From a phage: a DNA stretch of 64,000 nt. Below are positions 46,047 to 54,908 of the stretch, one piece after another. Under the pieces are notes generated by a model that was given only the letters and a program-made list of their open reading frames with translations, was not told the DNA's origin and did not search any database. The stretch lies in the NCBI GenBank assembly GCA_025677605.1, contig GCA_025677605.1_4110.1. The stretch is one strand, 5' to 3'. The position numbers were made by a program, and so were the translations under genes. The stretch's first letter is position 1. Every line of letters begins with the position of its first letter.

Positions 46047-46414
46047 CAGTACTCAACCTCTACATGAATAGATTCAGGAAACTTAGTCATATGATCTTCT
46101 GGATAGTTCTGCATTGCTTTGATCATCTCTACCTGTGTAGCACGGACGTATTCAATTGGTGCTCCTGGTAAATCCCAAACTGTACTTTCCTGAAAGAATT
46201 CCTCTTCTGACAGTACTGTAAGATTTACAAAATCATTACGATAATTTTTTGAATCATCATATGTGAAGATTTTAAAAGACCCATTTTCATATAGTACAAG
46301 AACAAAATGGGAGAATTTTTGTAATGCATCAAACCTTTCCACGACCGCATGATTCAGTGTACAAATGACCTCTTTTTTCCTCATACCGAATTGGATTCTA
46401 ATTTCTTTTTTCAT
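46046..46414 (-). CDS. family B (FQxS) protein, short form (start trimmed)
   Basis: SEEEFFQESTVWD. The ATG at 46414 forms an ATGA overlap with the upstream stop. Confidence 0.6.
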   Translation of the reverse strand: MKKEIRIQFGMRKKEVICTLNHAVVERFDALQKFSHFVLVLYENGSFKIFTYDDSKNYRNDFVNLTVLSEEEFFQESTVWDLPGAPIEYVRATQVEMIKAMQNYPEDHMTKFPESIHVEVEY

Positions 46415-46989
46415 AAAATCTCCTTCAGATGAGTACAAAATTTGTACAGTATATTGCAATCCGCAATGTACAATAACTCAAGAATTTTGGAATTCTGAAA
46501 TTCCTTACACAGAACATTAGAACTGTATACTGATGCTGAATCCACATTCATAATCAAATCCTGTTGGAATGCAACATCAGTACTTGGATTGAGATCCACA
46601 TCTTGTACTGCACCTTTATTATAAAATGAAGTACCTGTGCCTAAATTCTTACCCAATCCAATAATGAAAGAAGTACTGGAATTTAATGTAAGTTGATACA
46701 GATTGCTTCTTACATCGTAGAAGAAACGATTTAAATCACGATCAATCTTGAAATCATCATTGCATTTAATCAAATCACGCTTTGACATATATGGTTTAAT
46801 ATACATAAAGTTCACACCATTATATGAAAGCTCACATTCTTTTTGTGTTTTATTAAATGATTTAACTAAATCACGAAATGTAGAAGGTGATTGACTCAGT
46901 ACTGTATCGTAATAATATTCAGCAGTACTGATGAGTAGCTTAGCTTTCTCGTGAATATCAAATGTGGAAGTTTTGTTTAAATTGATCAA
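46411..46989 (-). CDS. family B-like protein (start uncertain; TTG proposed)
   Basis: STDVAFQQDLIMN. The TTG at 46989 lies 7 nt after GGAG. The ATGs at 47007, 47031 and 47061 lack an SD and overlap the upstream gene more. Confidence 0.5.
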   Translation of the reverse strand: MINLNKTSTFDIHEKAKLLISTAEYYYDTVLSQSPSTFRDLVKSFNKTQKECELSYNGVNFMYIKPYMSKRDLIKCNDDFKIDRDLNRFFYDVRSNLYQLTLNSSTSFIIGLGKNLGTGTSFYNKGAVQDVDLNPSTDVAFQQDLIMNVDSASVYSSNVLCKEFQNSKILELLYIADCNILYKFCTHLKEIL

Positions 46990-47506
46990 TTCTTCTCTCC
47001 ATTTCATCAATACAAGTATCAATGTCTTCATAATTTGCATATACAAATACAGGAGCATCATCCCTTAAACGAAGGATATTCCACAAAGAAATACCAAACA
47101 CTTCAATATCATTGTGCACTGTACTTAACTGAAAAACACTTTCTTCATTAATTTCAAGGTGTGGTAAATCTATGTGTTTGTCAACATCACTCAACGATGT
47201 AACATCAACTGCACTCGCTCCTGCATTAAAAGTATTCAGTACTGTCGAATCTTTTCTGTACACTAATCCATACAATTCCCCATTGTTATGGGTGCACATA
47301 GATAATTTTCCATTTGTTTCAGGAACAGAACCGAACTTAATAAGTGTTCGGCCTGAAGATCTGAAAGACATATACGTCATGTAATCGTGTTGTGAAACAT
47401 CTAGCTCACTACGGGCAAGTATACGCTCATCTTGCAGTACTACTTCCGTCAATTTGGTTAGTGTACTTAACTTATTTGCAAAAGAAATTATCTCATCATA
47501 GGTCAT
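46958..47506 (-). CDS. family B (FQxS) protein
   Basis: NEESVFQLSTVHN. Confidence 0.65.
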   Translation of the reverse strand: MTYDEIISFANKLSTLTKLTEVVLQDERILARSELDVSQHDYMTYMSFRSSGRTLIKFGSVPETNGKLSMCTHNNGELYGLVYRKDSTVLNTFNAGASAVDVTSLSDVDKHIDLPHLEINEESVFQLSTVHNDIEVFGISLWNILRLRDDAPVFVYANYEDIDTCIDEMERRIDQFKQNFHI

Positions 47507-47732
47507 AGTGTTCGCTCATTTCATTCATATATTCATAGCACGATAGGTATATAATTTTTTTAATCATAAAAGACATATCAGATTTATCACTGTCCTCTGC
47601 AATACGAAAAATATAACGCATATTAGCAAAGATATAAAGAGGTATATCAGATGCTTCAGTACCAGAAAATATATCTATAATAAACCCATAACTGAAATCC
47701 GATGCTGGTGCTTGTTCAAAAGTATTGTCCAT
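47496..47732 (-). CDS. hypothetical small protein (78 aa)
   Basis: ORF-track ORF. No family motif. Confidence 0.5.
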   Translation of the reverse strand: MDNTFEQAPASDFSYGFIIDIFSGTEASDIPLYIFANMRYIFRIAEDSDKSDMSFMIKKIIYLSCYEYMNEMSEHYDL

Positions 47733-47922
47733 TTTTCATCCTTATAATACCCAATAGGTACTTAATATACGTCTCAACTGAAGCCTCCTGGTATTGTGTC
47801 CCTATGTACATCAGTAACTGTAATTCCGACACGTCATTTTGATTGGAAGACCTGATTGCAGTGAACATTTGAGCACTGTATTGGTTAAGAATATCTTGCA
47901 TGTCTCTGTGTCTTATACCCAC
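47716..47922 (-). CDS. family C (LGTNYQ) small protein, isolated copy
   Basis: MYIGTQYQEASVETYIKYL. Confidence 0.6.
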   Translation of the reverse strand: MGIRHRDMQDILNQYSAQMFTAIRSSNQNDVSELQLLMYIGTQYQEASVETYIKYLLGIIRMKNGQYF

Positions 47923-48140
47923 GGTGACTCCCCCTTTCCTTGAACTTTATTCTGAATTAATTTCTGAAGGTTAAAAATGTAATCTTTCATCACAACCTCT
48001 TGATAATTAGTTCCAAGAAAATGATTCAACTTGTAATCATGATATGGTCGCCTCTTCTTCAAAAGGGGATGAAATGTATTCCATTTTGTGTAAATGTCAG
48101 AACACATCCTGTAGTACTGGTGTTTTGGAATATACTTCAT
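47913..48140 (-). CDS. family C (LGTNYQ) small protein, isolated copy
   Basis: HFLGTNYQEVVMKDYIFNL. Confidence 0.6.
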   Translation of the reverse strand: MKYIPKHQYYRMCSDIYTKWNTFHPLLKKRRPYHDYKLNHFLGTNYQEVVMKDYIFNLQKLIQNKVQGKGESPWV

Positions 48141-48670
48141 AGTATACCATCAACGAATACATCTTCGAATTCAAATGTTGAAGTATCAATGTATAAATTA
48201 CTTCTGAAGTTCATTTGCATCTCCATATATAGACGTAGAATCATGTACATGTCATCAGTACATGACAATTGAAACATCTGCTCTTCAAATGCGTTGTAAT
48301 TGTATTTCGGGATTTCAATAGTACTACTCTTTACTGTATCCCACCAGTTCTGAATACCAAAATATAATTCAGTACTTTTTCCTGTATAAAACAAATTCAT
48401 GATTTGATTTTTTTCATTCAAGTACAAACGGTTCGTGCCGCATACGGCAATACCAATACCAATAAGTGTAAGTGCAGGAAGACCGTCACGTAATACACGA
48501 CAACGATGAAATGTACCACCCTTATAGACTGACTGTAGGTAGTATCCTTCTTTAATAATGTCTCGTGATGGAATCAAACCAGTACTGCAATCCTTAAGCA
48601 AAGGAACTATAATGTTGATTTTACGAGATAATTCCTGCATTTCCTCTGCATTGTAAGCATCAATAATCAT
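48137..48670 (-). CDS. family B (FQxS) protein (start trimmed to second ATG)
   Basis: FEEQMFQLSCTDD. The ATG at 48670 is preceded by AAGGTG. The first ATG (48706) lies inside the -10 element of the predicted promoter and lacks an SD. Confidence 0.55.
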   Translation of the reverse strand: MIIDAYNAEEMQELSRKINIIVPLLKDCSTGLIPSRDIIKEGYYLQSVYKGGTFHRCRVLRDGLPALTLIGIGIAVCGTNRLYLNEKNQIMNLFYTGKSTELYFGIQNWWDTVKSSTIEIPKYNYNAFEEQMFQLSCTDDMYMILRLYMEMQMNFRSNLYIDTSTFEFEDVFVDGIL

Positions 48671-48704
48671 TTCATGTGCACCTTTTGAATTAATATTACT
48701 GTGC

Positions 48705-48732
48705 ATTGTAACACAGTACAGGCTCTTGTCAA
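48705..48732 (-). promoter_or_regulatory. sigma70-type promoter TTGACA-N16-TACAAT
   Basis: Read on the minus strand in the 36-nt gap between 48743..49189 and the next gene. Confidence 0.5.
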
Positions 48733-48742
48733 TAGCATGAAC

Positions 48743-49189
48743 TCATTTTTTAGAACTAATCTTACGTAAGTACTCAAAGTAATCTAAATCAATGTATACC
48801 TGATCGTGCTTCAAGTTCATAGTACTAATAAGATAAAACAAACGTAATACATGTAGTTCTTCATGATTCAGTACTGTACTCAATTGAAAGTATCCTTCTT
48901 CATTACCTACACTTTGTATTGTCTCTCTGGTATACACTGTACGGTCATCACTACTGTCACGTACCACAATCAACTCGTCTGCAAGTGCATTATAGGAGAT
49001 GTAATTTGAATAAGAATTGAAAAATGATTGCTCTTCCGAGCACCCACCACAGAAAGTAAAATATACACACCCACCTTTCTCGTATTCAAGCTCACTACCC
49101 AATACGTTAGGATTATCATTGAAGTACTTGATTATTTGTACAATATCCTGAACCAACTTATCATTTACTTCATAATAATAAAAAAACAT
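48743..49189 (-). CDS. family B (FQxS) protein
   Basis: NEEGYFQLSTVLN. C-terminal QVYIDLDYF. Confidence 0.65.
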   Translation of the reverse strand: MFFYYYEVNDKLVQDIVQIIKYFNDNPNVLGSELEYEKGGCVYFTFCGGCSEEQSFFNSYSNYISYNALADELIVVRDSSDDRTVYTRETIQSVGNEEGYFQLSTVLNHEELHVLRLFYLISTMNLKHDQVYIDLDYFEYLRKISSKK

Positions 49190-49194
49190 TACAA

Positions 49195-49650
49195 TTACCT
49201 CTTATATTTCTGTGTCTCTATGTATTCATAATCCATATAGAAACATGTTGAATCTATACTTTTAAAGTACCACATAATGACCAGAGTATCGAGTTCATGT
49301 TCAGTATATACAGTACTTTGCTGAAAGTAATACTCTTCACTATCCCACGGACCATCCAGTACTGAAAACGGAATTGTCAAATCTTTAGCATAATAATCAG
49401 GGTTGTATACGGTTATATCTGACCCTGGGTAGTAATTGATAAAGTAGTACAAAGGGTTATAACCACAATTATCATGATCATAATCATCACATTGCAGTAC
49501 TAATGTATCAGAACCATCAAAATCCTCAATATTCTTCGTGCAATATTCAGTCTCTGACATTTTGAAGATACCTGGAATTTCTCCACCTTTGACCTTAATC
49601 ATGTACTCATGAATCTTCTTTGCTTCTTTTAATGCACTTTGTAACGACAT
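49195..49650 (-). CDS. family B (FQxS) protein, recent triplet copy 1
   Basis: GPWDSEEYYFQQSTVYT. C-terminal CFYMDYEY. Confidence 0.7.
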   Translation of the reverse strand: MSLQSALKEAKKIHEYMIKVKGGEIPGIFKMSETEYCTKNIEDFDGSDTLVLQCDDYDHDNCGYNPLYYFINYYPGSDITVYNPDYYAKDLTIPFSVLDGPWDSEEYYFQQSTVYTEHELDTLVIMWYFKSIDSTCFYMDYEYIETQKYKR

Positions 49651-50093
49651 TACAAATCCCCTGTACTTAAATATTCACATGCTCCCCAGTCAAGAAAGAA
49701 TGGTTCAAAATTCAATTCCTTAAAGTACCACAACACAACCAAGGAATCAAGCATTTCTTGGTTAAAAATGAGACTCTGTTGGAAGTAATACTCTTCAGTA
49801 CCCCACGGGCCATCAAGTACCCCGAAGTCAACAGGTGAATTTGATGTGTCAAAAGTAATCTTAGTACCTGGAATATATACCATAAAACTAGTATATTGAC
49901 TACATGAAGAGTACTGTATAGTATTGTCTTTATCATGACCCATAAGTAAAATATCAGCAGAGTATGTCTTTATACCTGATAGATAATACTCATTACCAAA
50001 TGCACTTACTTTATCACCATAGAACCCACTTTTTATGTTATCGTGGAAGTGATGTATTTTGTTGGCTAGTTCTAGTGCTCTTTCTAAACTCAT
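49650..50093 (-). CDS. family B (FQxS) protein, recent triplet copy 2
   Basis: GPWGTEEYYFQQSLIFN. Confidence 0.7.
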   Translation of the reverse strand: MSLERALELANKIHHFHDNIKSGFYGDKVSAFGNEYYLSGIKTYSADILLMGHDKDNTIQYSSCSQYTSFMVYIPGTKITFDTSNSPVDFGVLDGPWGTEEYYFQQSLIFNQEMLDSLVVLWYFKELNFEPFFLDWGACEYLSTGDL

Positions 50094-50094
50094 T

Positions 50095-50577
50095 TCAACC
50101 CCTGTGAAGTTTATTAATACCGTTATCTACAGTTTTCTTTACGTATCTGTAATCGAAATAGAAGTTCTCAGAACCAATACTTTTAAAGTACCACATAATT
50201 ACAATACAATCAAGTTCTTCTTCATTGTATACAGTACTTTGTTGGAAGTAATACTCTTCACTATCCCACGGACCATCCAGTACTGCACACGGAATTATAA
50301 TGTCATCGGTATCGTGGACAGTACTGTAGATGGTAATATCTCCACCATTAACATAGACCATGTACTCATTATGCATATCAATGAAACATTCATAATCATT
50401 AGGGTCGGTATCTAGTACGCACGTTTCTGTATCTGGGAAGTCATTATCAATGAGGTTATCAGAGACATAATATTGAGTACTTGTGTCTTTGAAAATACCG
50501 TAAACTGAACCTTCTTTTGCCATATTCATGTACTCATGAATCTTCTTTGCTTCTTGTAATGCTCTTTTTAAACTCAT
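50095..50577 (-). CDS. family B (FQxS) protein, recent triplet copy 3
   Basis: GPWDSEEYYFQQSTVYN. C-terminal NFYFDYRY. Confidence 0.7.
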   Translation of the reverse strand: MSLKRALQEAKKIHEYMNMAKEGSVYGIFKDTSTQYYVSDNLIDNDFPDTETCVLDTDPNDYECFIDMHNEYMVYVNGGDITIYSTVHDTDDIIIPCAVLDGPWDSEEYYFQQSTVYNEEELDCIVIMWYFKSIGSENFYFDYRYVKKTVDNGINKLHRG

Positions 50578-50578
50578 T

Positions 50579-50749
50579 TCAACCCCTGTGAAGTGTCTTG
50601 ATATATTCTCTGTACGCCATGTGAATATTAGCTATATACAATTCTATACCGTACTTGTCATTTGTAATACAGTTCTTGTGTTGGATATCATTAACAAAAC
50701 GACGAATAACTGCATTCATTAATGATTCCATTTGTTCTTTTTTAAGCAT
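50579..50749 (-). CDS. small ORF (56 aa) filling the gap after the triplet
   Basis: Hand-translated: MLKKEQMESLMNAVIRRFVNDIQHKNCITNDKYGIELYIANIHMAYREYIKTLHRG. Its ATG shares one nucleotide with the upstream TGA. Its last codons (LHRG-stop) and the following junction repeat those of 50095..50577. Confidence 0.45.
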   Translation of the reverse strand: MLKKEQMESLMNAVIRRFVNDIQHKNCITNDKYGIELYIANIHMAYREYIKTLHRG

Positions 50750-51075
50750 CAGTACTCCAGATTAATAGAATAAATGCAAGAACGAACTATTTGGTCCTTG
50801 TTATCTCTGTAGTACTTTTGTAATGCAAGGTACATAAAGAAATCGATTTCTTTATCCCATACTAATGATTCCTGAAATATAAAACTTTCATAGTTCTCCA
50901 TGTATTCACATTCGATGTAATTAGGAAGCTTATCTGTTTTGGATACGTACTCAATATTACATTCATTGAAATCACGAATAATCAATATAGGTGTTTTATT
51001 CAATGTAGTAAAAAAGCACGTATAAGTAAAACCACTTCCCATTGTACTTGAAGAAACATATATTTTAGTATTCAT
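50749..51075 (-). CDS. family B (FQxS) protein, short form
   Basis: YESFIFQESLVWD. 108 aa. Confidence 0.65.
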   Translation of the reverse strand: MNTKIYVSSSTMGSGFTYTCFFTTLNKTPILIIRDFNECNIEYVSKTDKLPNYIECEYMENYESFIFQESLVWDKEIDFFMYLALQKYYRDNKDQIVRSCIYSINLEY

Positions 51076-51419
51076 TAGAATCTACTCTTAAGAAGTTTAT
51101 TACAGTGCTCATTGTATTCTTCCTCGGAAATAACTTGAGTACTGCTATTGTTGAAATGATTTCTATAATGACCAGTATTCAAACAGAATGATGCGTTATT
51201 GCGAGTTATAATGTATTTCACAATTTCTCCGCACCAGACTTCTCCAGTGAAAGTCTTTATTTTAATTTTAGTACCATTATGTTTTTTCTGAAGTACTACT
51301 TTTATTTCTTCGAACATTTCATTAAAGAACGAAAGACTTGTCCATCCGTGCATTAAATCTTCAATTTCATATAATGTATTCTGAAGAAGATCTATTTCAC
51401 GGTATTCATTGTATGTCAT
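51075..51419 (-). CDS. family A-like small protein (isolated copy inside the family B array)
   Basis: Helical N-terminus followed by QKKHNGTKIKIKTFTGEVWCGEIVKYII. Confidence 0.55.
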   Translation of the reverse strand: MTYNEYREIDLLQNTLYEIEDLMHGWTSLSFFNEMFEEIKVVLQKKHNGTKIKIKTFTGEVWCGEIVKYIITRNNASFCLNTGHYRNHFNNSSTQVISEEEYNEHCNKLLKSRF

Positions 51420-51430
51420 AGTTAAGACCC

Positions 51431-51787
51431 CTATAGATTGAAATAGTACTGAACAGTCTTGTGCTTATCTTGAGTTAATTCTATCATGCACTTCGCAGAG
51501 TATTCTTTCATGATATTCTGAATACCAATAACTTCATCTAGTGTACAAATATATTTCTTATCGAACACTAATGACTCCTGAAATAGAGTCGCCTCATCCA
51601 TTTCTGTATAGTCCAGTAGAGGTTCATTAACACCACCACCCACTCGACCGTAATCAATAAAAGAAAATCCATTTGAGGTGTACTTAATATATTGGTCCAA
51701 CGAATGATTGGTATCACCCTTAACGAGATTACAATAGAACTCAACCTTTTTGTAGAAAAAACTGTGAATAGCAAAATCATTGCTCAT
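51431..51787 (-). CDS. family B (FQxS) protein, short form
   Basis: DEATLFQESLVFD. 118 aa. Confidence 0.65.
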   Translation of the reverse strand: MSNDFAIHSFFYKKVEFYCNLVKGDTNHSLDQYIKYTSNGFSFIDYGRVGGGVNEPLLDYTEMDEATLFQESLVFDKKYICTLDEVIGIQNIMKEYSAKCMIELTQDKHKTVQYYFNL

Positions 51788-52000
51788 AATAACCTCTACT
51801 ATAATTAATAAGGTAAACTACAATATAAGGAGCACGTTCGGCGGCGGGGTATTTTTTTGTTTAAGGAAACATGAACTGTACTCTGAAAAACACAATATAA
51901 AATTTTATATTAAACATATACCTTAACATGTTTTTCAGCGAAAATTTTTTTGACCCCCCAAAACGCCCCCAAAAACAAGCCTATATTTATCATTTTAAAA

Positions 52001-52567
52001 TTACCCCTTTTCCGCGACCTTATCAAACACGTACTGTATGTACTGATTCAATGCAATGAGATCGATATCTCTGTCAAATCTCAACGTTAACTTCTCTGTC
52101 AACTCCCCGAAGGTATCATAATAATGCTTAACAAAATAACGATATCGTATTGAATTATAATCGTGCAATGTACTGTACTGAAACACTACATCAGGACTAT
52201 ATGGCATCAAATCAATAAGCTCACTTACTTTTAATTTCTCATTTTCGCCATTATTTTTAACTGTTATATATTCATTTGAACTGAACCATGCACATGATAC
52301 ATCTGAACAAATTGATGTTGTACTGTAAAATCTATCTGTACTCACAAATAATACACTATGTGATTTGTTGGATTTTCTTTCGTAAATCGATAAATCCGAC
52401 ATAAGCGTAATGATTGGTTCGTGTCGAAATTTATTATGCTGGTACGTTTCCTGAAACGCATTCGGATTTTTGTAAATCCTATCTACAATTAAATACAACC
52501 CCTTGATGTATTCTAAATCATCTTCTATCGCTTTGCATGTACTTTCTATGTCCTGAAGGTCCAGCAT
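52001..52567 (-). CDS. family B (FQxS) protein
   Basis: SPDVVFQYSTLHD. Confidence 0.65.
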   Translation of the reverse strand: MLDLQDIESTCKAIEDDLEYIKGLYLIVDRIYKNPNAFQETYQHNKFRHEPIITLMSDLSIYERKSNKSHSVLFVSTDRFYSTTSICSDVSCAWFSSNEYITVKNNGENEKLKVSELIDLMPYSPDVVFQYSTLHDYNSIRYRYFVKHYYDTFGELTEKLTLRFDRDIDLIALNQYIQYVFDKVAEKG

Positions 52568-53103
52568 TACTCCCCCTTAATCTCTTTGAGATCTTTTACT
52601 AACCTATCGTACCACGTTAAAGCTAAAAAGAAATTCGTTTTCACATTAGCACGTAATACATTATATACTTGCTGCACCTGTAAAACATAAGGATCTTGTA
52701 CTAAGGACTCCTGAAAATATTCTTCAGGACTCAGGATGTTAGGATTCAAGGTTGCAATATCAACGTGCTTTGTTAAACCAAAAAAGGTTTCTTCCTCTCT
52801 CTTGCTCATATCCAAATAACGAATCCAATTCACTGGAGCGAACTCTTCAGATGCTGATGTAGCCGATGTAATAGCATTGAACAAAAGACAATACTCTAAC
52901 TGCATCTTCTCACCTACAGCGTGCATTACCGTATCTCTCCTGTAATACACAATAGAGGGATACTTTTCAATATCGCTCTTAGGCTCAAGCCATCCTTCCT
53001 TGTGCTTAGGATAGATGTGGTCAAAATCCCCAGCCTCAAACGCCTGTACGATTTTTACTAAATTGTCAGCGAACTCGTACTCAAAATGTTTGTGCTGGAT
53101 CAT
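52567..53103 (-). CDS. family B (FQxS) protein
   Basis: SPEEYFQESLVQD. C-terminal NFFLALTWY. Confidence 0.65.
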   Translation of the reverse strand: MIQHKHFEYEFADNLVKIVQAFEAGDFDHIYPKHKEGWLEPKSDIEKYPSIVYYRRDTVMHAVGEKMQLEYCLLFNAITSATSASEEFAPVNWIRYLDMSKREEETFFGLTKHVDIATLNPNILSPEEYFQESLVQDPYVLQVQQVYNVLRANVKTNFFLALTWYDRLVKDLKEIKGE

Positions 53104-53133
53104 CTAAATCACTCCCGTCTTTGTTGTATTGTG

Positions 53134-53163
53134 TGTTATTGCATGTTATTGCATGTTATTGCG
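53134..53163 (-). repeat. 3 x 10-nt tandem direct repeat in an intergenic leader
   Basis: The plus strand reads tgttattgca tgttattgca tgttattgcg (minus strand (C/T)GCAATAACA x3), located between a predicted promoter and the GGGAG SD of 52567..53103. Confidence 0.8.
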
Positions 53164-53164
53164 T

Positions 53165-53192
53165 ATTATAACACAATCTCTTTTAACTTCAA
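53165..53192 (-). promoter_or_regulatory. possible sigma70-type promoter TTGAAG-N16-TATAAT
   Basis: Read on the minus strand. It overlaps the 3' end of 53166..53804. The -35 is weaker than at the other sites. Confidence 0.35.
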
Positions 53193-53804
53193 AATGAAAT
53201 CTTCATATACTTTTATCTGAAAATGCGGACTCTGTGCACTGAAACTAAACCCAGGTTCAATCAATTTCTTGTACTCATTTGCATATTTGCACAACTTCAG
53301 GATTTCGGTAGGGTCCACCATATCCTTCTGTACTAAGGACATTTGAAAAAGCACTTCCTCTACACCCTCGTACTCTTGACCTGCAATGTAACATATGTCA
53401 TCGTCTAACGATAATGATATGAACGTCTTTGTACTTATTACATTACCATCTTTTGAAACACCATAATCTGCAACTGAATCCACAAAGGAATCCGGCTTAG
53501 ATGAACCTGCTATGTCGCAAATGTACTTGTCAATGTATGTGATGTTATTGTTGTTATCGAATATACCAAATGCTAATGACGTGTCAAATACTTCCCTGAA
53601 ACCAATTCTGTCACTACCGATAACTAAAACTAATTTACCACAGGATGCACTGTATCTGGATGCGGAATCAAATGGAATCTCCAATTTTGAATTCTCAGGG
53701 AAAATAGCATTGAACTTCTTTAGCATTTCAAACATATAAGGAACATGAGGCTCCATGAACTTCATCACCTCATACGGTGAAGCATTTCTGGGAAAATTAT
53801 GCAT
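53166..53804 (-). CDS. family B (FQxS) protein
   Basis: VEEVLFQMSLVQK. Confidence 0.65.
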   Translation of the reverse strand: MHNFPRNASPYEVMKFMEPHVPYMFEMLKKFNAIFPENSKLEIPFDSASRYSASCGKLVLVIGSDRIGFREVFDTSLAFGIFDNNNNITYIDKYICDIAGSSKPDSFVDSVADYGVSKDGNVISTKTFISLSLDDDICYIAGQEYEGVEEVLFQMSLVQKDMVDPTEILKLCKYANEYKKLIEPGFSFSAQSPHFQIKVYEDFILKLKEIVL

Positions 53805-54330
53805 ATGTACTTACCCTTAAATTTTCGAAATCCCATACATCACTGATTGTACCATTGTGCCTGTAATCATAATATTGTACTAATACATTATACAATAACT
53901 TCAACGATACAAATTCATGATTCCACGGGGCTTTATTCTCATGAACACATTTAGAGATATAAGGTATCATATATAAAGCAACCATCTCTAATGGTTCATG
54001 TACACATTGCTTTTGAAAATATTCTTCTTCTTGCATACAATGCTCAGGAATAATTAGATCACCATGTTTACCGAAGACATATGAACCTACTGTGTATTTT
54101 TTCACATCGCAAGCGAACCATATTGTACTATCCGAAACAAATGGAATGATACCATTATTGTTTGCAATGTACATCATATGGTAAGAGCTATTTGACTTGT
54201 TAAATACCTCTATACTTTTAATATTACTACAAATCGCGTATTCAATACAATCAATAATCTTATCTTTAAATACACCAATTTCATTGAATGTCATTGCTTT
54301 CTGTACTTGCGATGTTTGCGATGTTTGCAT
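53797..54330 (-). CDS. family B-like protein (start trimmed)
   Basis: QEEEYFQKQCVHE. The ATG at 54330 (MQTSQTSQVQK...) is preceded by AAGGAG. The ORF-track ATG at 54366 lies upstream of the predicted transcription start. Confidence 0.6.
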   Translation of the reverse strand: MQTSQTSQVQKAMTFNEIGVFKDKIIDCIEYAICSNIKSIEVFNKSNSSYHMMYIANNNGIIPFVSDSTIWFACDVKKYTVGSYVFGKHGDLIIPEHCMQEEEYFQKQCVHEPLEMVALYMIPYISKCVHENKAPWNHEFVSLKLLYNVLVQYYDYRHNGTISDVWDFENLRVSTYA

Positions 54331-54356
54331 GGGGTTCTCCTTAAAAATGTTCAGGT

Positions 54357-54385
54357 ATATTAGCACCGATTCGGTACTGTGTCAA
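54357..54385 (-). promoter_or_regulatory. sigma70-type promoter TTGACA-N17-TAATAT
   Basis: Read on the minus strand in the gap between 54411..54908 and 53797..54330. Confidence 0.6.
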
Positions 54386-54393
54386 TACCAAAA

Positions 54394-54424
54394 CGAAAAA
54401 AGCCCATATCTTACGATACAGGCT
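54394..54424 (-). terminator. probable intrinsic terminator overlapping the stop of 54411..54908
   Basis: Minus strand reads AGCC-TG-TATC-GTAA-GATA-TG-GGCT (4+4 bp with a 2-nt internal mismatch) followed by TTTTTTCG. Confidence 0.5.
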
Positions 54425-54908
54425 CGGTTGGGTAAAAGGACTCATATACATTTTTCATTTGCTGGAAATAAAAATATACATGATTCTTAAGCACACCATT
54501 CTCATAAAGCATCTTGTATATTGCGTAGAAAAAGATATCAATTTCTTCATGTATTGTACTGTACTGGAACCACAACTCCGGTGTCAAGGGTTCTGGACTG
54601 TATTTGATTTCCAACAAAGCATCATCCATTGGCTTATCACGTCCTGGATACATATACCAAAGGTCATCTCTTTCCAGACGAAGATCATCTTCATCAGGAT
54701 ATACATTGTCAGGAGCAAAATTTAAAAAACTAAAAAGCACTTTACCTGAATTTGATTCTTCTAACTGATTGTTAATATAATCATATTTGTGATTTATTGA
54801 AGCATATCCTTTTCCTTCATATGCTTTCATTATATTGTATACACCTTCAATGTACTTAACGTACTGTACAGCACTCTCTAAACTAAATTCCACTTTACAT
54901 TTTTGCAT
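54411..54908 (-). CDS. family B (FQxS) protein
   Basis: TPELWFQYSTIHE. Confidence 0.65.
   Translation of the reverse strand: MQKCKVEFSLESAVQYVKYIEGVYNIMKAYEGKGYASINHKYDYINNQLEESNSGKVLFSFLNFAPDNVYPDEDDLRLERDDLWYMYPGRDKPMDDALLEIKYSPEPLTPELWFQYSTIHEEIDIFFYAIYKMLYENGVLKNHVYFYFQQMKNVYESFYPTEPVS

Noticed and set aside
3949-51780. Nested or alternative-frame minus-strand ORFs: 3949-4158, 7830-8021, 13730-13930, 17158-17391, 24074-24325, 26798-27004, 27490-27675, 33336-33623, 38987-39187, 44803-45030, 49712-49936 and 51568-51780.
   Set aside because: They are fully contained in longer ORFs of another frame that carry conserved motifs (phosphoesterase, Pnkp, Dam, MCP, family B). There is no independent evidence for overlapping genes.
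51940-52012. A possible G-quadruplex on the minus strand (GGGG ... GGGGG ... GGGGGG).
   Set aside because: There are only three G-runs and one long loop of about 30 nt, which does not fit a canonical four-tract intramolecular G4. The observation is kept only as part of the unusual-spacer finding.
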